64,000 bases of DNA from Bacteroidetes bacterium UBA7674 (GCA_002483105.1 DLHG01000011.1:190497-254496), one strand, 5' to 3'; shown: positions 29,492-38,885, counted from the first letter of the stretch. A program made the numbers and translations. The notes: generated by a model not told the origin, from the letters alone.

Positions 29492-30028
29492 TTAATTAGT
29501 ATTCTCACTCCACGACTCTGTCTTCTTCCACGCAGTCACATCCAGTGGTGCTATCTTGTCTAATTGATCAGCCAGTCCTTTCAGGAATGCAGGAGCAAAC
29601 GGAGAGTTCGCATTTTGTATGAGTTGCTCTCTGCCGTTCTTGTAAATGATAGTGTACTCCAGTCCGGCCATATCAGGTATAGCATTCTTATATTTCTCAG
29701 AGCAGGTGTCTACTTTGTAGCGTTTAAATTCTGAAAATAGTTTTGCTACAGGTTTTGCATCTACCTGGCCTTCATAAGTGCCCTGGTGTTCGGCATGCCT
29801 TCTGCCCACATACGTAGCTTTGCCGGTTTCAGTAACAATAAGCCTGTAGTCAGGACATCTGCCATAGCAATTGGTCCTGTGTATCTCTATCGAGGCTATG
29901 TCGGTAGTGTTTTTAGCTGTCTGTGTTGTTGTTTGAGTTTTGGTTTTTTTAGTGCCTTTCTTCTGCTGTGCACAGGCGCCAAATACTGTCGCTACAAGAA
30001 CTAATCCACATAAAAGAGTCCTATTCAT
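29492..30028 (-). CDS. hypothetical lipoprotein (DUF6438-like)
   Basis: 178 aa; signal plus lipobox VFGAC; IEIHRTNCYGRCPDY motif. Confidence 0.45.
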   Translation of the reverse strand: MNRTLLCGLVLVATVFGACAQQKKGTKKTKTQTTTQTAKNTTDIASIEIHRTNCYGRCPDYRLIVTETGKATYVGRRHAEHQGTYEGQVDAKPVAKLFSEFKRYKVDTCSEKYKNAIPDMAGLEYTIIYKNGREQLIQNANSPFAPAFLKGLADQLDKIAPLDVTAWKKTESWSENTN

Positions 30029-30081
30029 TTTTTTGATTTATTTTCCGTGTCAAAGATAATAGAATAACCCACGCTATTGTA

Positions 30082-31209
30082 ATGAGTAAAGCAAATATGT
30101 TGCCAACCGGGATTGACGAGGAGCTGTTTTACCAGTTGGCTTTAACATTTGTGCCCGATGTAGGGGCAAAAACAGGCCGTATCCTGTACGACTATTTCGG
30201 TACGGCCACAGATATCTTCAAAGCTAAGTTGCAGGAAGTGAAGGCCATAGCAGGCATAGATGAGAAGCGCTCCAAAGGTTTCCGCGACCCCGAAGTGCTG
30301 AAAAAGACTCAAGACGAACTAGCTATAGCGGAAAAGCATGGAATTAACATATTGAGCTATAAGAACGGTAATTACCCATCCCGCTTAGCCCAATGTATCG
30401 ACTCACCATTAGTATTGTACTACCGAGGCAACGCCAACCTCGACGCAAAGAAAATAGTCGCAATAGTAGGAACACGCAAAAGCACCGACTACGGTCAGCG
30501 ATTAGTAGATGAATTAGTGGAAGGATTGCAATCCCAGGAAGACATCATCATCATCAGTGGACTTGCAGCAGGCATCGATACTATAGCACATAAAAAATCG
30601 CTTGACTTACATATTCCAACGGTCGGCGTGCTAGGTCACGGCCTCGACAGGATGTATCCCGTAGGAAACAAAAAACTGGCAAAGGAAATGATAGAGAACG
30701 GCGGCCTCCTCACAGAGTTTCCCTTCGATACTGTTCCCGATAAAGGTAAATTCCCGATGCGCAACAGGGTTGTAGCCGGGCTTGCAGATGTAACAGTAAT
30801 AGTAGAAAGCGCCATCTCAGGAGGCGCACTCATAACAGGCCGTATGGCAAACGGTTATAATCGCGATGTAGCAGCTTACCCCGGACGTGTACACGACAGC
30901 CGCTCTGCAGGATGCAACAAACTGATCCGCACCAACATGGCCTCGATGATTACCTGCGCCGATGACCTGCTCGACCTGATGAACTGGAAAAACAATCGCC
31001 CCAAACCCGTACAAAAAGAACTCTTCATCTCCCTCACCCCCGAAGAGCAAACATTGATAGATATCATTCAATCAAAAGACCAGGTTCACGCCGACGAACT
31101 CTACAACCTCACCAACTTCAACAGCTCCCAACTCGCCGCAACACTACTAGGACTAGAAATGCAAAACCTTATCAAGACACTACCGGGAAAATATTATAGG
31201 ATGAATTAG
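30082..31209 (+). CDS. dprA: DNA-processing protein A
   Basis: 375 aa; VGTRKSTDYG ... ISGLAAGIDTIAHK ... Rossmann-like DprA core and C-terminal winged-helix part. Confidence 0.85.
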   Translation: MSKANMLPTGIDEELFYQLALTFVPDVGAKTGRILYDYFGTATDIFKAKLQEVKAIAGIDEKRSKGFRDPEVLKKTQDELAIAEKHGINILSYKNGNYPSRLAQCIDSPLVLYYRGNANLDAKKIVAIVGTRKSTDYGQRLVDELVEGLQSQEDIIIISGLAAGIDTIAHKKSLDLHIPTVGVLGHGLDRMYPVGNKKLAKEMIENGGLLTEFPFDTVPDKGKFPMRNRVVAGLADVTVIVESAISGGALITGRMANGYNRDVAAYPGRVHDSRSAGCNKLIRTNMASMITCADDLLDLMNWKNNRPKPVQKELFISLTPEEQTLIDIIQSKDQVHADELYNLTNFNSSQLAATLLGLEMQNLIKTLPGKYYRMN

Positions 31210-31287
31210 TCTGAACTGGAATTTATGGAATTGATAAATTTTTGAAATTTCAGTAATTCTGCTCATTCCGTAAATTCCAGTTCAGAC
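31209..31287. repeat. long inverted repeat / hairpin (gtctgaactggaattta ... taaattccagttcagac)
   Basis: 17-bp perfect arms (20 of 21 including extension) around a 37-nt AT-rich loop; the same gtctgaactggaatt word recurs at 39635. Confidence 0.7.
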
Positions 31288-31296
31288 AAATAAAAA

Positions 31297-31319
31297 AGCC
31301 ATGACTCTCGTCATGGCTT
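31297..31319. terminator. bidirectional terminator hairpin
   Basis: AAAAA agccatgac tctc gtcatggct tcAAAAAtt between convergent dprA and rimO. Confidence 0.65.
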
Positions 31320-31331
31320 CAAAAATTTCTT

Positions 31332-31356
31332 GTCATCCTGAGCCCTGCGAAGGATC
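31332..31356 (+). repeat. variant dispersed repeat gtcatcctgagccctgcgaaggatc
   Basis: GTCATCCTGAG... word shared with 28418. Confidence 0.45.
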
Positions 31357-31377
31357 TATTCACACGGGCGATCGCGA

Positions 31378-32712
31378 TTAGCCAACCACCTCACCCTCCA
31401 GATCATAATCATACGCCTTCGTTATCCGCACATTCACGAAATCACCTATTGGCAGTTTCTTCTCACTCTGTATGATCACTTCATTATCCACTTCCACACT
31501 ATCAAACTCAGTACGGGCTAAATAACGTCCCGCTTCCAGTTTATCAACAATTACTTTAAATTCTTTACCAACATACTCCTGGTTCTTCTCGTAAGATATC
31601 TCCTGCTGCACTTCCATTATCTCTTGCGCACGTGCTTCTTTCTCTTCAGCCGGAATATTGTCCACCAACTCATGTGCACTCGTATTCTCTTCATGCGAAT
31701 AAGTAAAGATACCTACACGATCCAGCCTTACATCTTCCAAAAACTGCTTCAGCTGATCCACATCTTCCCTCGTTTCACCCGGGAAGCCAGCTATCAGCGT
31801 GCTGCGTATAGCAATGCCCGGCACCTTATCACGTATCGCAGCCACAAGATCATAGATCTCCTGCGTCTCCATATGGCGTTTCATCGCCTTCAGCATATTG
31901 TTAGAGATATGCTGAAGCGGCATATCCAGGTAATTACAAATGTTGTCCCTTTCCCTCATCACGTCCAGTATGTCCATCGGGAACTTGGTAGGGTAGGCAT
32001 AGTGCAAACGTATCCATTGCAGACCCGGCACATCCGACAGATGTTTCAGCAATTCAGATAACGCCCTCTTTTTATAAATGTCCAGTCCGTAGTAGGTCAG
32101 TTCCTGTGCTATCAGCATCACTTCCTTCACACCCATGCGCACGAGGTTCTTGGCCTCAGCTACAACTTCTTCAATAGTCTTCGAAACGTGGCCACCACGC
32201 ATCAGCGGTATCGCGCAGAAAGAACAAGTACGATTGCAACCCTCAGATATCTTCAGGTAAGCATAGTGCTTTGGTGTAGCCAATAAACGCTCACCCAACA
32301 GCTCCGCCTTATAATCAGCATTGAACTGCTTCATGATCTGAGGCAACTCCATCGTCCCAAACCACGCATCCACCTCAGGTATCTCCTTCATCAGGTCGTT
32401 GCGGTAGCGTTCGCTCAGGCAACCCGTGATGTAAACCTTGTCCAACTTACCTTCCCGCTTCAGGTCCACCTGTTCCAGTATCATGTTGACGCTTTCCTCT
32501 TTCGCTTTATCTATAAAGCCACAAGTATTCACCACCACGATATTGTGATCCATCTTCTCGCTCTCATGCGCCACTTTTATGCCATTGGCATTCAGCTGGC
32601 CGCTCAGCACCTCACTATCCACCATATTCTTGGAGCATCCAAGAGTAATGATGTTTACCTTATCCTTCTTTAGCGTTCTGGTCTTCAATATTTTTAATTT
32701 TTTTTTAATCAC
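31378..32712 (-). CDS. rimO: ribosomal protein S12 methylthiotransferase
   Basis: 444 aa; UPF0004 N-domain, radical-SAM CNRTCSFCAIP, C-terminal TRAM domain. Confidence 0.9.
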   Translation of the reverse strand: MIKKKLKILKTRTLKKDKVNIITLGCSKNMVDSEVLSGQLNANGIKVAHESEKMDHNIVVVNTCGFIDKAKEESVNMILEQVDLKREGKLDKVYITGCLSERYRNDLMKEIPEVDAWFGTMELPQIMKQFNADYKAELLGERLLATPKHYAYLKISEGCNRTCSFCAIPLMRGGHVSKTIEEVVAEAKNLVRMGVKEVMLIAQELTYYGLDIYKKRALSELLKHLSDVPGLQWIRLHYAYPTKFPMDILDVMRERDNICNYLDMPLQHISNNMLKAMKRHMETQEIYDLVAAIRDKVPGIAIRSTLIAGFPGETREDVDQLKQFLEDVRLDRVGIFTYSHEENTSAHELVDNIPAEEKEARAQEIMEVQQEISYEKNQEYVGKEFKVIVDKLEAGRYLARTEFDSVEVDNEVIIQSEKKLPIGDFVNVRITKAYDYDLEGEVVG

Positions 32713-32736
32713 GTCATTGCGAGGAACGAAGCAACC
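32713..32736 (+). repeat. dispersed palindromic repeat GTCATTGCGAGGAACGAAGCAACC
   Basis: 23 of 24 identical to the copy at 19329. Confidence 0.7.
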
Positions 32737-32867
32737 TCACGAAACACTCTTGCTCTCCCGTTTGTATTTCACTTCACACGTCCCCTCTTGAGAGGGGTAG
32801 GGGTGTGTTGACTCGCGCCTCATCCTTTTTCGGGAGCCACGGTTAATCCTTTAATCCCAGTTCAAAC

Positions 32868-34190
32868 CTACTTCTTCCTAAAAAACAACCTTATCGGCAC
32901 CCCACTAAAATTATAGTGCGCCCTTATCTTGTTCTCCAGGAAATTCTTATACGGCTCCTTCACCGACTCAGGGAAATTCGTATAGAATGCAAAACTCGGC
33001 ACCACCGTAGGCACCTGCATGATATACTTGATCTTTATCGCATGGCCACGTGTCATCGGCGCATTGTACTTCTCTATTTCTTTACCCAGCGTCTCGTTCA
33101 GTTCCGATGTCATGATGCGGCGCTTACGGTTCTCATTCACTTCCAACGCTTTTTCCAAAGCCTGGAATATCCTTTGTTTCTCCGTAGCCGAAATAAATAT
33201 TACCGGTACATCCGTGAACGGTGCTATCTTTTCCTTCAACTCCTTTTCATAGTCACGCGCAGTATTCGTTTCTTTCTTCGTCACAAGGTCCCACTTGTTC
33301 ACCAGTATCACCACGCCCTTGCCCTTACGCGTTGCCAGGCTGAAGATATTTACGTCCTGCGCAGTGATGCCTTTTTCAGCATCTATCAGTTGCAGGCATA
33401 CATCCGCTTCATCCATCGCACGTATCGCACGAATCACCGAGTAGAACTCCAGGTCCTCGTTCACGTTCTTCTTCTTCCTCAGTCCCGCAGTATCTATCAG
33501 TATAAAGTCCCTGTTGAACAGGTTGTAGTGTGTATGTATCGTATCACGTGTAGTACCCGCTATATCCGAAACGATCATGCGTTCCTGGCCCACCAACGCA
33601 TTCAGCAAAGTCGACTTACCCGCATTCGGCTGACCGATAATAGCGATCTTCGGCGGCTGATCATCAGGATTCACCTCAGCTGTAGGAGCGTCAGCAGGAA
33701 TCTTATCCGTTACGGCATCCAGCAGGTCACCGGTACCACTACCCGAGATAGACGAGATAAAATATACATTTTCCAGCCCCAGCGAGTAGAACTCAGTGGC
33801 TTCCAGCGCGCGGGTAGGGTTGTCCACCTTATTCACAACCAATAACACCGGCTTTTTGCTGCGACGCAGTATGTTGGCCATATCCGAATCCTGGTCGGTG
33901 ATGCCCGTTTCTGTATCTACGACGAACATCAGCAGATCAGCCTCATCCAGGGCTATTTGCACCTGTTTTTTGATCTCCTGCTCGAAAACGTCCTTGGAAT
34001 TATTGACAAAACCACCTGTATCTATCACGTTAAATACCTTACCGTTCCAGTCGGCGATGCCGTACTGGCGGTCACGGGTCACACCGCTCACGTCATCTAC
34101 TATAGCCTTACGCTGTTCCAGCAACCTGTTGAACAAGGTTGATTTCCCCACATTGGGCCTTCCTACTATCGCTACGGTAAATCCCGGCAT
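32868..34190 (-). CDS. der: ribosome-associated GTPase Der (EngA)
   Basis: 440 aa; two G domains with GRPNVGKST and GQPNAGKST P-loops, DTGG/DTAG, NKVD/NKWD, KH-like C-terminus. Confidence 0.92.
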   Translation of the reverse strand: MPGFTVAIVGRPNVGKSTLFNRLLEQRKAIVDDVSGVTRDRQYGIADWNGKVFNVIDTGGFVNNSKDVFEQEIKKQVQIALDEADLLMFVVDTETGITDQDSDMANILRRSKKPVLLVVNKVDNPTRALEATEFYSLGLENVYFISSISGSGTGDLLDAVTDKIPADAPTAEVNPDDQPPKIAIIGQPNAGKSTLLNALVGQERMIVSDIAGTTRDTIHTHYNLFNRDFILIDTAGLRKKKNVNEDLEFYSVIRAIRAMDEADVCLQLIDAEKGITAQDVNIFSLATRKGKGVVILVNKWDLVTKKETNTARDYEKELKEKIAPFTDVPVIFISATEKQRIFQALEKALEVNENRKRRIMTSELNETLGKEIEKYNAPMTRGHAIKIKYIMQVPTVVPSFAFYTNFPESVKEPYKNFLENKIRAHYNFSGVPIRLFFRKK

Positions 34191-34280
34191 TAACTTTGAA
34201 TTTTAGCGTGCAAAGGTACGTCAATTATATGGGTTTTTTGGCTATGAATTGGGTAAATTGCTGTTAAATGCACCAAGACT

Positions 34281-34323
34281 CTCCTCCTTTTTTCAAGGAG
34301 GAGTACCCGCAGGGGGAGGTGGT
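34281..34323 (+). repeat. 43-bp repeat ctcctccttttttcaaggaggagtacccgcagggggaggtggt
   Basis: 42 of 43 identical to the reverse complement of 39650-39692; internally palindromic (cctcctt...aaggagg). Confidence 0.8.
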
Positions 34324-34685
34324 CTGCGCCACACAGGCAAAAGCCCCACCAAACCTGTCATTGCGGGCCTGACCCGCAACCTCCTGAAATGTAGCGACTC
34401 AGACGATAAAAGAACGGAACCCCAAAAAACTCCCCGCCCTATTTTCAGGGCGGGGTGGGTCTGCGCCAGACAAGCCAGCCCCTCTCCGCTGTCGGCCTGA
34501 GCGGAGTCGAATGGATTGTTAAGGATTGCAGTCATAGCTAGATCTAGAAAGGACGCAAAAAAATAATGTGAGCAATTATCAGTCATAGAAACAATTCTGG
34601 CTTGCGGCAGTTTGTGGGTTTTATAGAATAAGTACATTAACGTAAATTCATCGCAGAATTCGATAATCGAATTGTAAATTAGAGC

Positions 34686-35813
34686 ATGGACAAATCAGAA
34701 ATTAGATTTCTCAAGCAGAAAGATTATAAGTTTATTAAAGAGCTGAGCAGAGGGGGCTTTGGCGAAGCGATTTTAATAAATGATGAAACTATAGGCGAGG
34801 ATTTCGTTTGTAAGAAATATTCGCCGTTTTATGAAGAAGATAAAGAAGTATACTACAAAAATTTTGTTCAAGAGATTAAACTATTACATTTATTAAACCA
34901 CAGAAATATTGTTAGAGTTTTTAACTATTATTTATACCCTGAAAAATCTACTGGTTATATTTTGATGGAATATATTAATGGCTCATCAATCGACAAATTT
35001 CTTCAGAATAATCCTGACAAAATAAAAGACGTCTTTCTGGAAACAATAAATGGTTTTCAGCATTTAGAAGGGCTTCAAATACTCCATAGAGACATACGAC
35101 CTCAGAATATTTTGGTGACTGATCAAGGTATACCAAAAATCATAGATTTCGGCTTCGGTAAACAGATGCAATTCCTAGAAGAAGATTTCGGAAATAGTAT
35201 TAGCTTAAATTGGAGATACACTCCGCCTTCCGAATTTTCGCTAAAAGTTTATGATTATAAAACTGAAGTTTATTTTGTAGGAAAGTTATTTGAGGAGATA
35301 ATTAATGAAAATCAATTGCCGGCTTTCCCATATGCGTCGGCTATTCGTAAGATGATTGCTCATAACTATGATGAGAGACTTTCTTCATTCCTTGATGTTA
35401 GTCGAGAGATTTCGACTGTTGATTCGACCGAAGTTTCATTTAGTTACATGGATAAGTATGCATACCAACAGTTTGCCGAAAATTTAAGTAAGATCATCGC
35501 TAGCATGGATGAAAATTGTCAGTACAATTCAGACGTTGATGATATAAATCAGAAACTACAAACTGTTTATAATAATTCATTGCTAGAAGAATATCTGCAA
35601 AATAGTGCCGCCTTATTGCGATGTTTTTTAAAGGGTACTTATAAGTATTACAACTCAAAAACATTTCCAATTAGTACATTGCGAGATTTTGTTATACTTT
35701 TTAAGAATACGCCTAAAGATCTTCAAAAAATTATTTTGAATAATATTTGGCTTAGGTTCGACTCAATAGGTAGGACCTCAAAAGTATCTAGTGCTGATGA
35801 TTTACCATTTTAA
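34686..35813 (+). CDS. Hanks-type Ser/Thr protein kinase with uncharacterised C-terminal domain
   Basis: 375 aa; Gly-loop SRGGFGEA, FVCKK lysine, QEIKLL Glu, HRDIRPQN (HRD at 35085-35093), DFG (35145-35153), YTPPSE; about 140 C-terminal aa with no motif I recognise; AT-rich. Confidence 0.75.
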   Translation: MDKSEIRFLKQKDYKFIKELSRGGFGEAILINDETIGEDFVCKKYSPFYEEDKEVYYKNFVQEIKLLHLLNHRNIVRVFNYYLYPEKSTGYILMEYINGSSIDKFLQNNPDKIKDVFLETINGFQHLEGLQILHRDIRPQNILVTDQGIPKIIDFGFGKQMQFLEEDFGNSISLNWRYTPPSEFSLKVYDYKTEVYFVGKLFEEIINENQLPAFPYASAIRKMIAHNYDERLSSFLDVSREISTVDSTEVSFSYMDKYAYQQFAENLSKIIASMDENCQYNSDVDDINQKLQTVYNNSLLEEYLQNSAALLRCFLKGTYKYYNSKTFPISTLRDFVILFKNTPKDLQKIILNNIWLRFDSIGRTSKVSSADDLPF

Positions 35814-35844
35814 TACATACGCCGGAGTTGCCTTAAATCTGTTT

Positions 35845-36576
35845 TTAAGTAGGATGTATTGAGTTAATAAAATACTGCATTGTATTTTCTTCATAATAGA
35901 AAATTGAATGTAGACGTTGGTTATTATATAAGGTATAGCTTTGGTCAGATATCTTTATGTTTCGCTGGTGATTAACAGTAGTACGTTTCGAGATAAAAAA
36001 AGCGTTAATTGTTACGTCAATAATATCTCTGGGGTGCATCAAATTGTTTTTCGTCGGTTGAGTTGACAAAGGGATGTCAGAATATGAGAAGTGTTTAAAG
36101 GCATGAAAAACTCCGCCCGTAAATACAGATTTTCTAGAGTCTCTCTTCTCTATGTCAATTTTTCTAAATAATTCCATTCGAAGAGCATCGCCAATCACCT
36201 CGCCATCCTCTACTTCGAAAATGTATGCAACCTTATCTCTAGATAGAAAATTTCCAAAGGAATCGAGATTAAACATTGGGTCAGGGTTGATATCATAGAG
36301 CGCTTTCAATACGCTGTAGGCATTATATTTTCCGAAACAATCCGGATGTTCTTTTACGGCCAATATTAATACGTTCTCAATAATTTCAATAAAAATTCTT
36401 GAAGGTGCTACTATGAATTTTCTGTCTCCGATAAATACAGGATAGTAGTAACCCACAAAATCACCTGCCAGGTAATGACTTCTCTTTTCGTGTACTCCCA
36501 GTTTTGACGCTTTCACTTCGAAATTTCTTCTAATTGAAAGAATCTCTTGTTGAGAGATATTAGGGATGATTATCAC
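35845..36576 (-). CDS. hypothetical protein (no recognisable domain)
   Basis: 243-aa ORF, AT-rich, no signal peptide or TM; convergent with the kinase (31 nt between stops). Confidence 0.45.
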   Translation of the reverse strand: MIIIPNISQQEILSIRRNFEVKASKLGVHEKRSHYLAGDFVGYYYPVFIGDRKFIVAPSRIFIEIIENVLILAVKEHPDCFGKYNAYSVLKALYDINPDPMFNLDSFGNFLSRDKVAYIFEVEDGEVIGDALRMELFRKIDIEKRDSRKSVFTGGVFHAFKHFSYSDIPLSTQPTKNNLMHPRDIIDVTINAFFISKRTTVNHQRNIKISDQSYTLYNNQRLHSIFYYEENTMQYFINSIHPT

Positions 36577-36672
36577 AAATAATTATTTGATTGTTATTAG
36601 TGCTTTTTTCCAGTAGTTCAATTTATCCCGCGTCGTATGGCGTATTGAGATGCAAAAAAAATGATACGTATA

Positions 36673-37569
36673 TTACTCCTCGGTAATTGTCGTTTCGTTA
36701 TCCTTCACAATAACAAATAATATTGGCAACCCCTCCGCATCTTGTATTTCTACTGAGTAATTCTCATGTTCCTGAAAACTGTTAAATAGATTTAGAACAT
36801 TAATTAATGCACTACCTCTAGTTATTGAACTAGGGATTTTACCACTACCTATATTCAGTAAGTCATGGACTATGCAATTCCAATTGGTATCTCCTTGGTT
36901 AGCAGTTGTAAAGGGTAATCCCATGTCACCATTTAGCATTCGGGCTAAAAAAACTCCCCATGTAGAACTAATGCCGTTGCTCCATGGCACAAACCTCAAT
37001 CGCGGACTAGGGTTTATTACTAAATAGTGAAGGGCTTTCGGTCTCCCTTGACTATAATCAGGAAAATGTCGAAGCGGAGATGGTGTTATGGAGTTTCCGT
37101 AGATAGTAGCGGGCATATCGAAAGAAATGTCGCTGTCATATAAACACTTTTGCGATTGTGATGTAAGTTGTTCATCCATTTTGGCCTGTGCTAAAACGGC
37201 ACTGCGATAGATGGGCTTTTTATTTGCATCAAGTAGGCAGAATATTACCATCATATCTCCCAGTTCGCAAGCGGGAGTATCGCCTGTGCAATTTCTTACA
37301 GAATTTACTGTTCGTTGAACACGGGGTTTCTGGTGAATATATACAGATGCGAACTTTACCTCGTATCCACCACCACTTAGTAATGGCGACAAGTTTCTAT
37401 TTAGATAGTCAACACCAACACTTCTGTCAAGTAGGTAACTTCTTACGATTTGAGGTTCTGAGCGATTAGTATTGATGCCGTTCCAAGAGCTATCTCCAAT
37501 TGAAATTATATTTCCCCATTGAGCTTGGATATGTCTAATAAATTTGTCAAATTCTGGAGTCATGGTCAT
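36673..37569 (-). CDS. hypothetical protein, possible PD-(D/E)xK-like core
   Basis: 298-aa ORF; CELGDMMVIFCLL ... AVLAQAKM (E102, D105, Q128-x-K130; nt 37180-37266) fits D...(E/Q)xK spacing; weak. Confidence 0.45.
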   Translation of the reverse strand: MTMTPEFDKFIRHIQAQWGNIISIGDSSWNGINTNRSEPQIVRSYLLDRSVGVDYLNRNLSPLLSGGGYEVKFASVYIHQKPRVQRTVNSVRNCTGDTPACELGDMMVIFCLLDANKKPIYRSAVLAQAKMDEQLTSQSQKCLYDSDISFDMPATIYGNSITPSPLRHFPDYSQGRPKALHYLVINPSPRLRFVPWSNGISSTWGVFLARMLNGDMGLPFTTANQGDTNWNCIVHDLLNIGSGKIPSSITRGSALINVLNLFNSFQEHENYSVEIQDAEGLPILFVIVKDNETTITEE

Positions 37570-37973
37570 GTAGTTAAATTGATACTCTGCTTACGACTAA
37601 GTAGCTTGATTTCGTTGAAGTGGTAGCCAATCTCCGGAATGGCCTGTTCCTTGCCAAAATACACATCTCAAAATCACCAAACAACCGTCTTTCGACGGAT
37701 AAAACCACATTTATTTGGATATCTCTTTTTCCCCACCTCCCACCATCTTCCTAACTTTACAATCGAACAATCAGGGATACATTTCATTTCCGAGATCCCA
37801 ACGAATTACACAAGTTCCTTGCCTACCGGCAGGCATACAGTTCAGAAATTATTCCCAAACTATAAAACCAATCTAATGGCCAATCTAAAAGAAAACGCCC
37901 CTAGTTCGGCTTTGTCTCTTTGAATACGTCGCAATGGCAGTCAATCTTCTGATTGACGAATGGGAAGCCCCCC

Positions 37974-38885
37974 TCACTCATAATGCTCATACTCCCAACC
38001 CTTCACAAACTCCCGCTTGCCACCCGTCAGCTCAAACTCCTGTATGGGCAGTCCATTGCTGTTGGTGATGATCTCGCCGTTCACGGGCTTTCGCTGCACC
38101 CGCTTGCCCGTTTCGCCTGTGTACGACCACGCAGACCGCATGATACGGGCGTTCCCCTTATAGGTGATTGTCGTCACCACCCGGATATCCGTCACCCTTT
38201 CTGCCTCTTTATAGCCCAATGCCGACACCGAGATAGTCTTCACTTCCTTCCCGTTCTTATACCAGGTACTATCCGCGTAGATGGTCTTGTTGTCGCGGAT
38301 CTTCGTAATATATTCGTGGTCTTTGGTCTTATACGTCTCGATGGTTTCTTTGAGTTCCACCCGGAAGTTCAGGTTTGGGTATTCGCGCGTCAGTTCCTCC
38401 GCTTTCAGGAAAGATGTTCCCCGTGAGTGCGTCACCAGTTGCCGGTGACTCTTATATGTTATGTCCGTCCTTTTTACATAGGTGGTGTCATTAGCTATAA
38501 AGTCGGGCATTTGCTCTATAGAGACAAAACAGGTTACCCTATGTGCGGTGTCATACTGCACTACGAATATTTTATACGCTGTATCGCCGGTGCCGGCTAA
38601 GCGGTCATAGATCCTGCATATCTCGCCATCTTTGGTAGGTGTGTAAACATATCGCGTGGAGAGTTTTGCATCGTTACCGATCCTATACTCTTGTAATCGC
38701 CCTTTCCGGTCGTATTGGTAGGTGCCGGTCAGCTCGCCCTGTTTGCCTTTTTCTGTTACTTTATACACCTTCTTCAGTGCATATTCCGGCTCCCCGGGCA
38801 AGTAGTCACTAATGTCATAGCCTTGCCCGAATGACGTTGATATGGATAGCAGAAGAAACAGTAAAGGGAGTATATAGGTCTTCAT
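37974..38885 (-). CDS. hypothetical secreted protein
   Basis: 303 aa; signal peptide MKTYILPLLFLLLSISTSFGQ; Tyr/Thr/Lys-rich beta-type sequence. Confidence 0.5.
   Translation of the reverse strand: MKTYILPLLFLLLSISTSFGQGYDISDYLPGEPEYALKKVYKVTEKGKQGELTGTYQYDRKGRLQEYRIGNDAKLSTRYVYTPTKDGEICRIYDRLAGTGDTAYKIFVVQYDTAHRVTCFVSIEQMPDFIANDTTYVKRTDITYKSHRQLVTHSRGTSFLKAEELTREYPNLNFRVELKETIETYKTKDHEYITKIRDNKTIYADSTWYKNGKEVKTISVSALGYKEAERVTDIRVVTTITYKGNARIMRSAWSYTGETGKRVQRKPVNGEIITNSNGLPIQEFELTGGKREFVKGWEYEHYE

Noticed and set aside
32916-33845. 309-aa ORF on the plus strand
   Set aside because: It lies entirely antisense to der, which has two unambiguous GTPase P-loops. Its sequence is Arg/His/Leu-rich and low in complexity, typical of a shadow ORF.
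34249-34637. 83-aa and 114-aa ORFs between der and the kinase gene
   Set aside because: They are built from stacked palindromic repeats (cctcctt..aaggagg, ttgcggg..cccgcaa, gagcggagtcgaa). Their translations (GGVPAGGGG, PPPPAGTPP) are repeat artefacts.
37639-37923. 94-aa plus-strand ORF in the 400-bp gap after the kinase island
   Set aside because: It has no start context and no motif. Pro/Thr/Ser-rich composition suggests a random open frame. The gap may hold a promoter or degenerate DNA, but I saw no structured-RNA signature.
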